Position numbers and translations under genes: made by a program. The notes beneath the pieces are model-generated. The model had not been told where the DNA came from. It was given only the letters and a program-made list of their open reading frames with translations, and did not search any database. 64,000 nt of DNA from Candidatus Woesearchaeota archaeon (GTDB taxonomy: Archaea; Nanobdellota; Nanobdellia; Pacearchaeales; GW2011-AR1): NCBI GenBank assembly GCA_964466575.1, contig CAYXNP010000002.1, positions 30,913 through 94,912 of the forward strand, written 5' to 3'. Positions 9,811 through 20,045 of this stretch are shown here, one piece after another. Each line of letters opens with the position of its first letter. Position 1 is the stretch's first letter.

Positions 9811-11196
9811 ATGGCAAAAGTTCTACTTGTTCAGCCTCATAATAATTTAAAAGAGAAGACAAATATTGTTGCTCCTCCGTCGAGTTTGATTATAGTAGCT
9901 ACATCAATACAGCACAAACATCCTGTTAAAATTTATGATAGAAATGTAGAACTGGGAGATGAGCGATTTTTTAAGATGCTTAAAGAATATAATCCTGATA
10001 TAATTGGATTTACAACAATGACTTCTACAATGTTATATGATATTGTTCATTTGGGTCCAAAAATTAAAGAGATTATGCCTAAGAAAATTATTATAATTGG
10101 AGGGGTGCATCCCAGTATTGAACCTGATTCTGTTTTGAATGAATCATATGTTGACTATATAATGAGAGGAGAAGGGGAAGAGGCTTTTTTGGAATTCTGT
10201 GATACTTTTGATAAAAATCCCAAGAAGTTGGGAACATTAAAAAATATTAATAAAAACCCTTTGAGACCATTTATGGATTTAAATATGGTTAAGTTTCCAA
10301 ATTATGATTTAGTTGATGTCAAGAAATATAGGCAGTTTTTTATTTTTACAAGCAGGGGATGCCCTGGAAGATGCACTTTTTGCTATAATATTGGTATGTG
10401 GGGAAAAGATGGAAATCCCTGTGTTAGGGTTTATGATACTGAGAAAACAAAAGCTTTGTTTAAAGAAGCAATTGAAAAATATAGTATAGTTGATTTTACA
10501 ATCAGCGACGAGAATTTTATGACATTTAAAAAAAGGAGTATTGAAGTTGGAGAGTTTCTTGCAAGAAATTACAAAGGAAAAATTAATTTCTTTATTTTTG
10601 GAAGGGCCGATTTTATGAAGAAAAATGAAGATGCGATTAAAGTCTTAAAAAAAGCCGGGCTTCATACAATTCAGATTGGTTCTGAAACAGGAAGTCAAAG
10701 AGTTCTAGATTTTCTTAATAAAAATATAAGTGTTGAAGTTCAAGCAGAGGCAATTGATATTTGCAGAAGAAACGGAGTTTTTAGTGATGCAAGTTTTATG
10801 ATTGGAATTCCGACAGAAACAATTGAAGAATTAAGAATGACTGAGAGATTTATTAGAACAACAAAACCAGACATCATGGATATTAAAATATTTAATCCAA
10901 TTCCTGGAACAAAAGTTTTTGATGATTTGGTTGAAGATGGAACAATAAAAAAGCCCAAAAATTTATTGGAATGGGCTGATTGGACTGGAAATTGGAGAGA
11001 TATGAAACATAATTTTAGTAAAATTCCTGATGCAGTATTATGGAAAATGGCAGAAAAATTTTGGGGGTATAATTACTATCGTTCTAGAATTAAAAAAGCG
11101 ATTTTTTGGATTCGAAAAGGCAGAATCAAATATGTCACAACAAAGATTAGACAGGGTTTAATTAAAGGTTATAATAAAGAGGGTCTAGAATTATAA
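9811..11196 (+). CDS. B12-binding-domain radical SAM protein
   Basis: GGVHPS, RGEGE, SRGCPGRCTFC, GSETGS. Confidence 0.9.
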   Translation: MAKVLLVQPHNNLKEKTNIVAPPSSLIIVATSIQHKHPVKIYDRNVELGDERFFKMLKEYNPDIIGFTTMTSTMLYDIVHLGPKIKEIMPKKIIIIGGVHPSIEPDSVLNESYVDYIMRGEGEEAFLEFCDTFDKNPKKLGTLKNINKNPLRPFMDLNMVKFPNYDLVDVKKYRQFFIFTSRGCPGRCTFCYNIGMWGKDGNPCVRVYDTEKTKALFKEAIEKYSIVDFTISDENFMTFKKRSIEVGEFLARNYKGKINFFIFGRADFMKKNEDAIKVLKKAGLHTIQIGSETGSQRVLDFLNKNISVEVQAEAIDICRRNGVFSDASFMIGIPTETIEELRMTERFIRTTKPDIMDIKIFNPIPGTKVFDDLVEDGTIKKPKNLLEWADWTGNWRDMKHNFSKIPDAVLWKMAEKFWGYNYYRSRIKKAIFWIRKGRIKYVTTKIRQGLIKGYNKEGLEL

Positions 11197-12273
11197 AACT
11201 TTATCAATTTCTTTTTTAATATCTTCGACGCTAATATCTTTCATTTCCTTGTAAATCACTATTGATTTTTTCCCTAAAGGGCCAATATGTTTTAAATTAT
11301 ATTCTTTTGGAATTAATGCAATTAGGTTTATATTGGCAATCCATGCTAAATGCATTGGTGCTCCGTCAGGAGCAATCACAAGAGAGCTATTCTTATATAA
11401 TAAATAATTAAATCTAAGATTCTTTTTTATCAAAGGAATTGTTGAGAAATTTTTCTTTGATAAATATCTTATTTTCTTAGAATCTGAACCGACAAGAATT
11501 ATTTTGTAAAGAGGATATTTTTGTTTAATATATTTAATAACTGCATCAAATTTATTTAAAGAAAGTTGTTTTTCTTTAAAACTTGCATCTGGCACTATAC
11601 AAACATATTTTTTTAATTTAAATTCATTAAGGAAATTTGTTAGCTCTAATTTATCATTTTCATCTACAAAGATTTCTTGATGTTCATTAATGGATTTAAT
11701 AGAGAGATTCTTTTTTACTAATTCTAATTCAGAAATGCTTGCGTGAATTTCTTTTTTGTATCTTACTGGATTTGTTAAAAGGGGTTTTCCACCATTAAAA
11801 CTATAGTATCCTGAACGCATTTTTATCTTAGAAAAATACATAAAAATCATATTAATCAACATTGTTCCTGCTTCAATTCCAAGGTCATATTCGTCCCCTT
11901 TAATTTTCTTGAAAGTTTTAATATAATTACGCAAAGTTGAAATTGGTTTTTTTCTCCATGAAAAATCCAATTTAATAATCTCGTCTATGTTTGGATTTTT
12001 TTCAATTATTTGTGAATTTAGTTTTGATGCAATAACTGTTAATTTTGAGTTAGGAAAGTTTTTTTTGATTTCTCTGAAAACATTCGTTGTTAAAACCATG
12101 TCCCCAATTTTACAATTACGGATTATTAGTATTTTTTTTGGGTTAGAAATTTTGATTGGTTTAGACTTGAAGAAAAGCCCTATTAATTTATCTAAGAAAT
12201 ATAATTTTATGGCGTTTTGTTTTGAATTTTTTCTTACACAATATTCTTGATAGAATTTATTCATTAAAATCAT
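11191..12273 (-). CDS. GT9 (heptosyltransferase-like) glycosyltransferase
   Basis: KILIIR..IGDMVL, DGAPMHLA. Confidence 0.85.
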   Translation of the reverse strand: MILMNKFYQEYCVRKNSKQNAIKLYFLDKLIGLFFKSKPIKISNPKKILIIRNCKIGDMVLTTNVFREIKKNFPNSKLTVIASKLNSQIIEKNPNIDEIIKLDFSWRKKPISTLRNYIKTFKKIKGDEYDLGIEAGTMLINMIFMYFSKIKMRSGYYSFNGGKPLLTNPVRYKKEIHASISELELVKKNLSIKSINEHQEIFVDENDKLELTNFLNEFKLKKYVCIVPDASFKEKQLSLNKFDAVIKYIKQKYPLYKIILVGSDSKKIRYLSKKNFSTIPLIKKNLRFNYLLYKNSSLVIAPDGAPMHLAWIANINLIALIPKEYNLKHIGPLGKKSIVIYKEMKDISVEDIKKEIDKVL

Positions 12274-12310
12274 GGATTGGGTGCATATTTAATATTTATG
12301 TATGTGTAGA

Positions 12311-13021
12311 TTATATTTTGTGGTTAATCTTCTGAAAATAATAATCTACATTAAACGTTCTTTTTATAGTGTAATACAATCTTTTGTGTTTTCTTAGACG
12401 TGGTTTTAGTATGTTGATTATTTTCCTTATTCTTGGATATGTGCTCTGAATAGTAATTCCTTTTTTTCTATCTTTGTAACTTTCATTTAATCTCTTGTCA
12501 ACATGATAAGGGGTGAATTCTTTGACGCCGAGAAATTTGAATAATTTGTTTAATTCACCTTGTTTATTTTGATTGTCCATATTAAAAATAAAAACATTTT
12601 TGCCAAACTCTTTTTTCCATGGTTCAATGAGTTCTTTTTGATTAAATTTTGGTTTCTTTGTCGGAAGAAGATCATGATATTTTGAAACATTATAATATGA
12701 TTTTGCCCTATCTTCTTCATTTCTTTCGTAGATTATTATTTTAGTGTTGGGAAATAATTTTTTTAATAATTTAGCAGAACGTTTTTTATCGATTATTAGT
12801 GTGCTTATTTCTCCAACTACTTTACTGAAGTCGCAATTTTTAAATTTTTTATAATAGTTTTTTAAGCCCATAATTTCATACTCTTCAGGGAAATAATTAA
12901 TTTCAGTAAGAAGATTAAATTTAGGTATGCTTATTTGAGGATGTTCATATAAGCAATTAACCAGCCAATTTGAACCTGTTCTTCCAAATCCGACACCAAT
13001 GAAATCTATTCTTAATTTCAT
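12311..13021 (-). CDS. Sulfotransferase-domain protein
   Basis: FIGVGFGRTGSNWL (PAPS loop), HPQI, GEIST. Confidence 0.8.
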   Translation of the reverse strand: MKLRIDFIGVGFGRTGSNWLVNCLYEHPQISIPKFNLLTEINYFPEEYEIMGLKNYYKKFKNCDFSKVVGEISTLIIDKKRSAKLLKKLFPNTKIIIYERNEEDRAKSYYNVSKYHDLLPTKKPKFNQKELIEPWKKEFGKNVFIFNMDNQNKQGELNKLFKFLGVKEFTPYHVDKRLNESYKDRKKGITIQSTYPRIRKIINILKPRLRKHKRLYYTIKRTFNVDYYFQKINHKI

Positions 13022-13105
13022 AATTTAATCTGTTCTTGGTAATTTTTAAAGTTATATAGTTTTAAGTTACATAAAGTATTTAAATAAAATTTTGGGTAAG
13101 ATTTC

Positions 13106-14170
13106 ATGAATAAAAGGGTAAAGATTATTTGTACAATCGGACCGTCTTCTTCTAATTCAGATATATTGAATAAATTCAAAGAAAGGGGAGTTGATTATTT
13201 TAGAATAAATCTTTCTCATACTAATACGGAAGATATTGAAACTAAGATATTGGAATTAAAAAAATATGGGGTTCCAATAATCTTAGATACTGAAGGTCCC
13301 CAAGTTAGGACAGGAAATGTTGACGAAATACTCTTTAGAGAAGGAGATAGTGTGAGAGTTTACTCGAAAGAGGTTATGTGTGACTCAGAAAATTTATTTT
13401 TAACACCCCAAAGGATTGTAAATAGTTTTGAAGTTGGGGATGAAATTTCTCTTGCATTTGGTTCTGCAACTTTTGTGGTTGAAGATACTTCAAATCTTGA
13501 GAGTGACGGATTTATAATTTGTAAAGTATTGTTGGGTGGAGAGATTGGAAGAAAAAAAGCAGTGCATATCGACGGCCCGAATTTTCTTTTGCATGATTTT
13601 AGTGAGAAAGATATGTATGCAATTGAACTTGCTAAAAGACAAAGTATAAAATACTTTACTCTTTCATTTATGGAAAGTGCTGATTCTGTTCAAAAGATAA
13701 GGGACTTTTATCCAGATGCAATTCTTTATTCCAAAATAGAATCTAGGAAGGGATTGGTTAATTTTGATAGTATCCTTGAAACTTCAGATGGGATTTTAAT
13801 TGATAGGGGTGATTTGAGTAGCCATATCCCGATTCATAAAATTCCAGTGATACAAAAGCATTTGATTGAAAAATGTAGAAATAAGGGCAAGGACTTATTT
13901 GTAGCCACTGATACTCTTCAGAATATGTTTTCAAATCACAGACCGAATGCTGCAGATGCAAATGACATTGTAAATACTCTTTTAGACGGTGCAACAGGAA
14001 TAGCACTAACTAAAGAGACTGCAGTTGGTAAATATCCAATACAGACTGTAGAAATGATGAATAAGATCATTGATTATATAGAATATATCTCGGGTTTTGA
14101 CAGCCTTCACCACCCAGACATCTTGAAAAGTATTCTTGAAGAAAGTAAACCTAAGTCTTTAAAGAATTAA
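13106..14170 (+). CDS. pyk: Pyruvate kinase (barrel and lid; lacks the C-terminal regulatory domain)
   Basis: KIICTIGPSS, RINLSH, DTEGP, KIES, DRGDL, ETAVGKYP. Confidence 0.88.
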   Translation: MNKRVKIICTIGPSSSNSDILNKFKERGVDYFRINLSHTNTEDIETKILELKKYGVPIILDTEGPQVRTGNVDEILFREGDSVRVYSKEVMCDSENLFLTPQRIVNSFEVGDEISLAFGSATFVVEDTSNLESDGFIICKVLLGGEIGRKKAVHIDGPNFLLHDFSEKDMYAIELAKRQSIKYFTLSFMESADSVQKIRDFYPDAILYSKIESRKGLVNFDSILETSDGILIDRGDLSSHIPIHKIPVIQKHLIEKCRNKGKDLFVATDTLQNMFSNHRPNAADANDIVNTLLDGATGIALTKETAVGKYPIQTVEMMNKIIDYIEYISGFDSLHHPDILKSILEESKPKSLKN

Positions 14171-15460
14171 TTTTCTAAAAACATAATGAGGATGAAATTT
14201 ATTTGTTACGTTTGGAATTACCTCTACGAGGTTCATTCCACTGATTTCATTCATTAATTGTTTTTGTTTTTTTGGAGAAGCATAGTAAGTGAATAAATCT
14301 CCAAAGTCTTGTTTTTCATATTTATATTGTGAGAATAAAGTTCCTTTAAATAAATTTCTTAAAATAAATTTTGGCCTTATCTGAGAAAATAATGCCAATG
14401 GATTATGGGAGCTGTATATGAATAATCCGTTTGGTTTTAAGACTCTTTTAATTTCCCGTATGGCTTTTTTTCTTTTTGATTCTGGATGAATATAATCTAG
14501 CCCATTATATGAAAAAAATACTAAATCAAAAGTGTTAGGATTAAATTTTAAATTGCACGCATCTCCTAATTCAAACTTAATATGCGGGTTATTTTTTTGG
14601 GCTCTTTTTATCATATCTTCAACAATATCGACGCCAATTACATCAAAACCTAAATCATGTAATTCTTTTGTCGTTCTTCCGCAACCGCAACCCAAATCCA
14701 ATATTTTTCCTTTGAAATATTTATCAATTATTAATTTCTCTGATTGAAATAAGCCTTTTAGCCCTAAATCAAAATGGTCAACAGAACTTTTTGTTTCATA
14801 TGATTTTTTATTAATCGCATTTTTGTCTTTTCTTGGTATTGGGCGTCTTTTGATTCTATCCCATATCCATCTTGCAATACTTGAATTTCTAATTGCTTTT
14901 CTTCCTAAAATGTACAAAGGATTTTTACTATAGATGTAATAATAAACTATTTTTCCGCCCCATTTTTCTTTGAAAGTGTTTATTCCAACTAAATGCCCCC
15001 GTGCTTTTATTTGATAACCCCCCAAATCCACTTTTGTTTTTCCTTTTGATTTTGCATACTTGATTGAATTCCAATATTGAAAATCATTTATCCTTAAATC
15101 CTGATATTCTATTAATGAAGCAAATGCGCGAAAGACTATTCTATCATCGAATTCTTCAAAAACACTGCCTCCCAAAAGTTTTTTGTCTTTTTTAGTTAAG
15201 AATAATTTGTGATTTGGTTTTCTAAATATTTCTAATTTTTGAGGATCTATCCCTCCTTCTTTCCAAACCTTGCAATAAATTTTATACCAATTATTCCACT
15301 CATCGTCTGTTTTTCCCTCGACAAAAGTTAGATTTTCTCTGCTGGCCTTATTAATATTCTTTCGTCTGCTTCTATCAATGTTTTTTAAAATTTCTTCTTC
15401 TGGTTTGTCAATATCAATTATGATTGTCGCTTGTATGTCTTTAAATCCTTTCCAAGTCAT
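14159..15460 (-). CDS. FemAB/GNAT-like domain fused to a class I methyltransferase
   Basis: N-half: RRKNINKA...DLGG...FKEKWGG. C-half: ILDLGCGCG, GDA, RVLKPNG. Confidence 0.8.
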   Translation of the reverse strand: MTWKGFKDIQATIIIDIDKPEEEILKNIDRSRRKNINKASRENLTFVEGKTDDEWNNWYKIYCKVWKEGGIDPQKLEIFRKPNHKLFLTKKDKKLLGGSVFEEFDDRIVFRAFASLIEYQDLRINDFQYWNSIKYAKSKGKTKVDLGGYQIKARGHLVGINTFKEKWGGKIVYYYIYSKNPLYILGRKAIRNSSIARWIWDRIKRRPIPRKDKNAINKKSYETKSSVDHFDLGLKGLFQSEKLIIDKYFKGKILDLGCGCGRTTKELHDLGFDVIGVDIVEDMIKRAQKNNPHIKFELGDACNLKFNPNTFDLVFFSYNGLDYIHPESKRKKAIREIKRVLKPNGLFIYSSHNPLALFSQIRPKFILRNLFKGTLFSQYKYEKQDFGDLFTYYASPKKQKQLMNEISGMNLVEVIPNVTNKFHPHYVFRKLIL

Positions 15461-15461
15461 T

Positions 15462-16481
15462 TTAGTTGTATTTGAAATAATTTAAAAAATTCAATTGTTT
15501 TTTTAATATTAAATTAAAGGGATATAATCTGCTTGGTTGAAATCCTTCTCTTTCTCTGCAATTTTTACAGATGTGGTTTTTTGGAAATGAATTTTCAATA
15601 TTTTGTTTTCTGAATTCTTGCATTTTCTTGCTGTTCCATATTTCTTTTAATGTTTGCTTGTTTAAATCTCCAAGAACTAATTTTGCATCGTAATCAAAAC
15701 AACAGGGCACAACTTTTCCGTCCCACAAAACAGTTAATTTTCCCCAAGGCCAAAAACAAGGGTAATAATATTTTCTTTTGAATTTATGCGAGTATTCGTC
15801 GGCTAATTTAGTTATGTTATCCATACTACCATCCCACGTGATAAAATCTTTGACTTCAACATGCTCTATTCCTTTTTTGTTAGACCATTTTTTCTTAAAT
15901 GAGTTAATTTCATTTTTAGTTTCTTTCATCCTTATTATTGCGATTGTTGTTTCTGGTAATTTTGATTTTCTTTTATTTTTTTCTTTTAAAAAATTATCAA
16001 TATTCTTAAGAGCGATATCATAATCCGCTAACCCTTTTCTTATCTTTTCATAAGTTTCTTTTGTAGCACCATCCAATGAAATATGCAAGAAGTCTAATTT
16101 TGAATCTAAAATTTCGTTGATTTTGTCTTTTGTTAAACTTGAGGGATTTGTCGAAAAAGATGCTTGAATTTTATATTTGTGGCATATTTTTATCATTTCC
16201 CCTATTTTTGGATGTAATAACGGATCTCCAAAATGATGCAAAACAATTCTAGAGTTATATTTCATTTGTTTTATTATTTTTTCAAATAATTTTATGTCCA
16301 TATATCCGATTTCTCGTTTCATGTAATTTCTTGGACACATGATACATTTCATTCCGCAAGCATTGGTTGGTTCAATATTGCTTATTGAAGGAAATGCTTT
16401 GACTATGAGTTTCTTATGAGAATAATCGTATCCTTTTTTCCATAGGTTGATTAATTTATTAAAAGTATTAACCATTTTCAT
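15462..16481 (-). CDS. Radical SAM/SPASM protein
   Basis: EPTNACGMKCIMC, CFWPW...DGKVVPCC.D, CKNC. Confidence 0.9.
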   Translation of the reverse strand: MKMVNTFNKLINLWKKGYDYSHKKLIVKAFPSISNIEPTNACGMKCIMCPRNYMKREIGYMDIKLFEKIIKQMKYNSRIVLHHFGDPLLHPKIGEMIKICHKYKIQASFSTNPSSLTKDKINEILDSKLDFLHISLDGATKETYEKIRKGLADYDIALKNIDNFLKEKNKRKSKLPETTIAIIRMKETKNEINSFKKKWSNKKGIEHVEVKDFITWDGSMDNITKLADEYSHKFKRKYYYPCFWPWGKLTVLWDGKVVPCCFDYDAKLVLGDLNKQTLKEIWNSKKMQEFRKQNIENSFPKNHICKNCREREGFQPSRLYPFNLILKKQLNFLNYFKYN

Positions 16482-16540
16482 TGTAGAATATCACTAATAC
16501 ACCTCAATAAGCTTTTTAATTGTTATGAAGCTGAAATTCT

Positions 16541-17320
16541 ATGGTTGTTTCGTTAACTATTGATACTGAAGAAGACCTTCATTCAAAAACGTATGTAAGT
16601 CTGAATTATGGCATTCCAAAGATATTAAAAATTTGTGATAGGTTTGAGATTAAACTGACGTTTTTTGTTCCAGCTATGCTTCTAGAAAAGTTTCCTGTTC
16701 TTTTCAAAGATTTAAGAAATAAAGGGCACGAGATTGCGTTGCATGGTTATGAACATGAGAGATTTGATGAACTTTCTTTTAATGAAAAAGAAAAACGAAT
16801 TATAAAATCAATTTTAGTATATAGAGAGATATTTAATGAAAATCCAAAGGGGTTTAGGGCGCCGCAACACTCTATTGATAATGAAACTTTAGGTTTGTTG
16901 AGCAAATATGGTTTTTCTTATGACTCGTCATATACACCGTTTAATTTATTGCAGTTACTTTTTTTCCCAAAGAAAATCAAGTTATTTATTGAAGGTTTCT
17001 TTAAACCTAGAAAGATTTTCTTTATTAAAAAAAACTTATATGAAATTCCGGTGTCTGGATTTCTTATTGCTTTTGTATCACTTCCTTTAAGAATTTTTCC
17101 TAAGCCGATTTTAAGATTATATTTATCAATTCTGAAATTAACAAATAAAGATTTAGTTTTTTATGCACATTCATGGGATTTTATTAAATTGCCTAATAGC
17201 AGAATAGATAAAATATTTAGCCATAAAAAATTGATGAAAAATCTTGAACTGATGATAAAATATTTGGTTAAAAAAAATAAATTTTTAACAATGGAGCAAA
17301 TTGCAAATGAAAATTCTTGA
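16541..17320 (+). CDS. Polysaccharide deacetylase (CE4/NodB-like)
   Basis: LTIDTE, EIALHGYEH, GFRAP, YDSS, HSWDF. Confidence 0.88.
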   Translation: MVVSLTIDTEEDLHSKTYVSLNYGIPKILKICDRFEIKLTFFVPAMLLEKFPVLFKDLRNKGHEIALHGYEHERFDELSFNEKEKRIIKSILVYREIFNENPKGFRAPQHSIDNETLGLLSKYGFSYDSSYTPFNLLQLLFFPKKIKLFIEGFFKPRKIFFIKKNLYEIPVSGFLIAFVSLPLRIFPKPILRLYLSILKLTNKDLVFYAHSWDFIKLPNSRIDKIFSHKKLMKNLELMIKYLVKKNKFLTMEQIANENS

Positions 17321-18452
17321 AGTGACTGCTTTCTCGTCGGGGTTTTGTGGATTGTGGGCCAGAGTTAAAAAAGAATCAGAATTATTAATTGAAAAAGGGC
17401 ACGAAGTAGTTGTTTTTTCATCTAATATTCATAGGGGTTCTGGAAAAATAGAATTTGCTAAAGAATTTGAGAAAATTGGAAAACTTAAAGTTCATAGATT
17501 TAAAACAAAGGGAAATTTTGGCGAGAACACTTTTTTTTGGGATTATGAGAAAGAAGCTTTTAGATTTAAGCCAGATATTATTATTTGCCATGCATATAGA
17601 CAATATTATTCTACAAAAGCTGTTAAGATTGCCAAAAAATTAGGTGTTCCGTGCATTCTTGTAACACATGCTCCTTTTCTTGAAAAGAAACTTAGAGGCT
17701 GGAAATTAAATGCAATGGTTTGGTTTTATGACAATTTTATTGGAAGAAGAATTTTAAATAAATATTCAAGAATTTTCATAATAACAAAATGGGAAACCCC
17801 TTATCTGATTGAATTAGATGTGAAAAAAGAAAAGATTGTTTATATGCCGAATGGTGTTCCTGAAGAGTTTTTTAATATTAAAATTCCTAAACCAAAAAAT
17901 AAGAAAAACAAGGAAATCTTATTCTTGGGAAGAATTGCTCCGATTAAAGATGTAGAAACTTTAATTCGTGCATTTAGTTTAGTTTTGGAAAAAGAAAAAA
18001 GTGTTGTTATAAATTTTGTTGGGCCGATTGAAGAAGAATATGGTTTGAAAATTAAAGATTTGATAAAAAAATTAAAATTAGATAAAAAAATTAATTTTTT
18101 AGGGCCTGTTTTTGATTTGAAAAAGAAAATGAATTTAATCGATAGTTCTGATGTTTTTGTTCTCTCCAGCAAAAGAGAAGGGATGCCTCAGTCGCTTGTT
18201 GAAGTAATGGCGCGAGAGAAAATCGTGATTTCTTCGGATATTCAGGCAGGAAAAGAAGTAATTGAAGATGGAAATAATGGTTATTTGTTTAAAGTTGGAA
18301 ATGAGAATAAGTTGGCTGAAAAAATTTTGAGGGGATTAAAAAATAGCGAAGAAAATAAGAAGATTAGGAAAAATGCAAGAAAGGCGGTTGAAAAGTTTTC
18401 TTGGAATAAATTGATTGATGAGATTGATGAAATCTTAAAATCACTTATATAA
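17307..18452 (+). CDS. GT4 glycosyltransferase
   Basis: PNGV, FLGRI..IKD, EGMPQSLVE; ATG at 17307. Confidence 0.9.
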   Translation: MKILEVTAFSSGFCGLWARVKKESELLIEKGHEVVVFSSNIHRGSGKIEFAKEFEKIGKLKVHRFKTKGNFGENTFFWDYEKEAFRFKPDIIICHAYRQYYSTKAVKIAKKLGVPCILVTHAPFLEKKLRGWKLNAMVWFYDNFIGRRILNKYSRIFIITKWETPYLIELDVKKEKIVYMPNGVPEEFFNIKIPKPKNKKNKEILFLGRIAPIKDVETLIRAFSLVLEKEKSVVINFVGPIEEEYGLKIKDLIKKLKLDKKINFLGPVFDLKKKMNLIDSSDVFVLSSKREGMPQSLVEVMAREKIVISSDIQAGKEVIEDGNNGYLFKVGNENKLAEKILRGLKNSEENKKIRKNARKAVEKFSWNKLIDEIDEILKSLI

Positions 18453-18496
18453 CACTCCTCAACAATGCTTATAAAATAAAACTCTTCTTTTGAATT

Positions 18497-20041
18497 ATGA
18501 GAATAATTCTTATATCGGCTGCGACGTTTCCGTCTGACCAAGGAATCAGAACTATTTCGGCAATTTTGAAAAAAGCTGGACACGACGTGAAAATCGTTTT
18601 TATGGCTTATTCAGAAGATTATTCCAAATTTTATCATAATAGGGAATTAAATCAATTAGTAAATATCTGCAAAAATGCAGATTTGATTGGAGTTAATTGT
18701 TATGTTTCGACTATGCCCCGAGCGATTCAAATTACAGGATTTTTGAAAAAGAAATTAAAAAAAGAAATTCCGATTGTTTGGGGTGGAATTCATCCGACGC
18801 TTTTTCCTCAAGATTGCATTAAATATGCAGACATTGTTTGCGTTGGCGACGGCGAAGATGCTGTTTTAGATTTGGCGAAGGCCATTGAAAATAAAAAACC
18901 AATTGATAAAATTCAAAACTTGTGGGTTAAAGATAAAAATGGTGAGATAGTAAAAAATCCTGTCCGTCCATTTATTGATAATCTTGATACTCTGCCTTTT
19001 GTGGATTACGATATAGAAGACCATTACATTTTGGAAAATCACAATTTGAGAAAATTTAAAGAAGAAGATTTGAATGGCCAAATATTCTTTTTGACAGGAA
19101 GGGGCTGTCCTTATGGCTGTACTTATTGCAGCAATAATCTTTTGAATGAGTTGTATAAAGGCAAATGCAAATCAATTGTAAGGTGGCACAGTGTCGACTA
19201 TATTATTGAGCATGTTTTATATTTAAAAAAACGATTTAAAACTTTGAGTTACTTTGATATTAGGGATGATACTTTTTCTTTGAGACCATTGAGCCAGATT
19301 CAGGAATTTTGTGAAAAGTATAAGGAAAAAGTTAATATGCGGTTCAAATGTCTTGGTGACCCGAAGACAATCTCTGAAGATAAAATTAAAGTTCTTGTCG
19401 ACGCTGGATGCACTGATATCATTATTGGAATCCAAGGCAATGAAAAAACTAACAGAGATATTTACAAAAGAGGGCAGACGAATGAACAAGTTTTGAAAGC
19501 CGGAAAAATTTTGAGTAAATACAAAAATAAATTGGCAGTGATGTATGATGTGATAACGTGCAATCCTTTTGAAGATGCGAAGGATGTAATTGACCTTATT
19601 CGACTTTTACAAATACTTCCTAAACCATATTATGTTTCTGTGAATAATCTGGTTTTTTTTCCTGGAACCGGCATTTATGAACGCGCCAAGATGAATCCTA
19701 AACTAAAAAAGATTGTTGAAGAAAGTTCTAAGTTAAATTATTGGGATAGGAATAAGCATATTTTATTGAAAAGGAAAGATATGTATCTTGTTTTGATTTT
19801 GAATTTAATGAGAGGTTCTGTGACTGAGAACAGATTTGGTTTAATGCCGAATAAATTAATTAATTATTTGTTAAAACCGTCGAGAATAAAATACAATTTA
19901 AATAATCCTGCTTTGACTTACATTGGATTGTCTTTTGTTAGTGTGATGGATTTAACGCGAGAAAGAATTGCGAAGCCGTTGTATCGTTCAACGCCGGTAA
20001 ATTTTAAAGTTTGGTATGATAAGATTCGTTATAGAGTTTAA
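18497..20041 (+). CDS. B12-binding-domain radical SAM protein
   Basis: WGGIHPT, GDGE, GRGCPYGCTYC. Confidence 0.9.
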   Translation: MRIILISAATFPSDQGIRTISAILKKAGHDVKIVFMAYSEDYSKFYHNRELNQLVNICKNADLIGVNCYVSTMPRAIQITGFLKKKLKKEIPIVWGGIHPTLFPQDCIKYADIVCVGDGEDAVLDLAKAIENKKPIDKIQNLWVKDKNGEIVKNPVRPFIDNLDTLPFVDYDIEDHYILENHNLRKFKEEDLNGQIFFLTGRGCPYGCTYCSNNLLNELYKGKCKSIVRWHSVDYIIEHVLYLKKRFKTLSYFDIRDDTFSLRPLSQIQEFCEKYKEKVNMRFKCLGDPKTISEDKIKVLVDAGCTDIIIGIQGNEKTNRDIYKRGQTNEQVLKAGKILSKYKNKLAVMYDVITCNPFEDAKDVIDLIRLLQILPKPYYVSVNNLVFFPGTGIYERAKMNPKLKKIVEESSKLNYWDRNKHILLKRKDMYLVLILNLMRGSVTENRFGLMPNKLINYLLKPSRIKYNLNNPALTYIGLSFVSVMDLTRERIAKPLYRSTPVNFKVWYDKIRYRV

Positions 20042-20045
20042 CACG

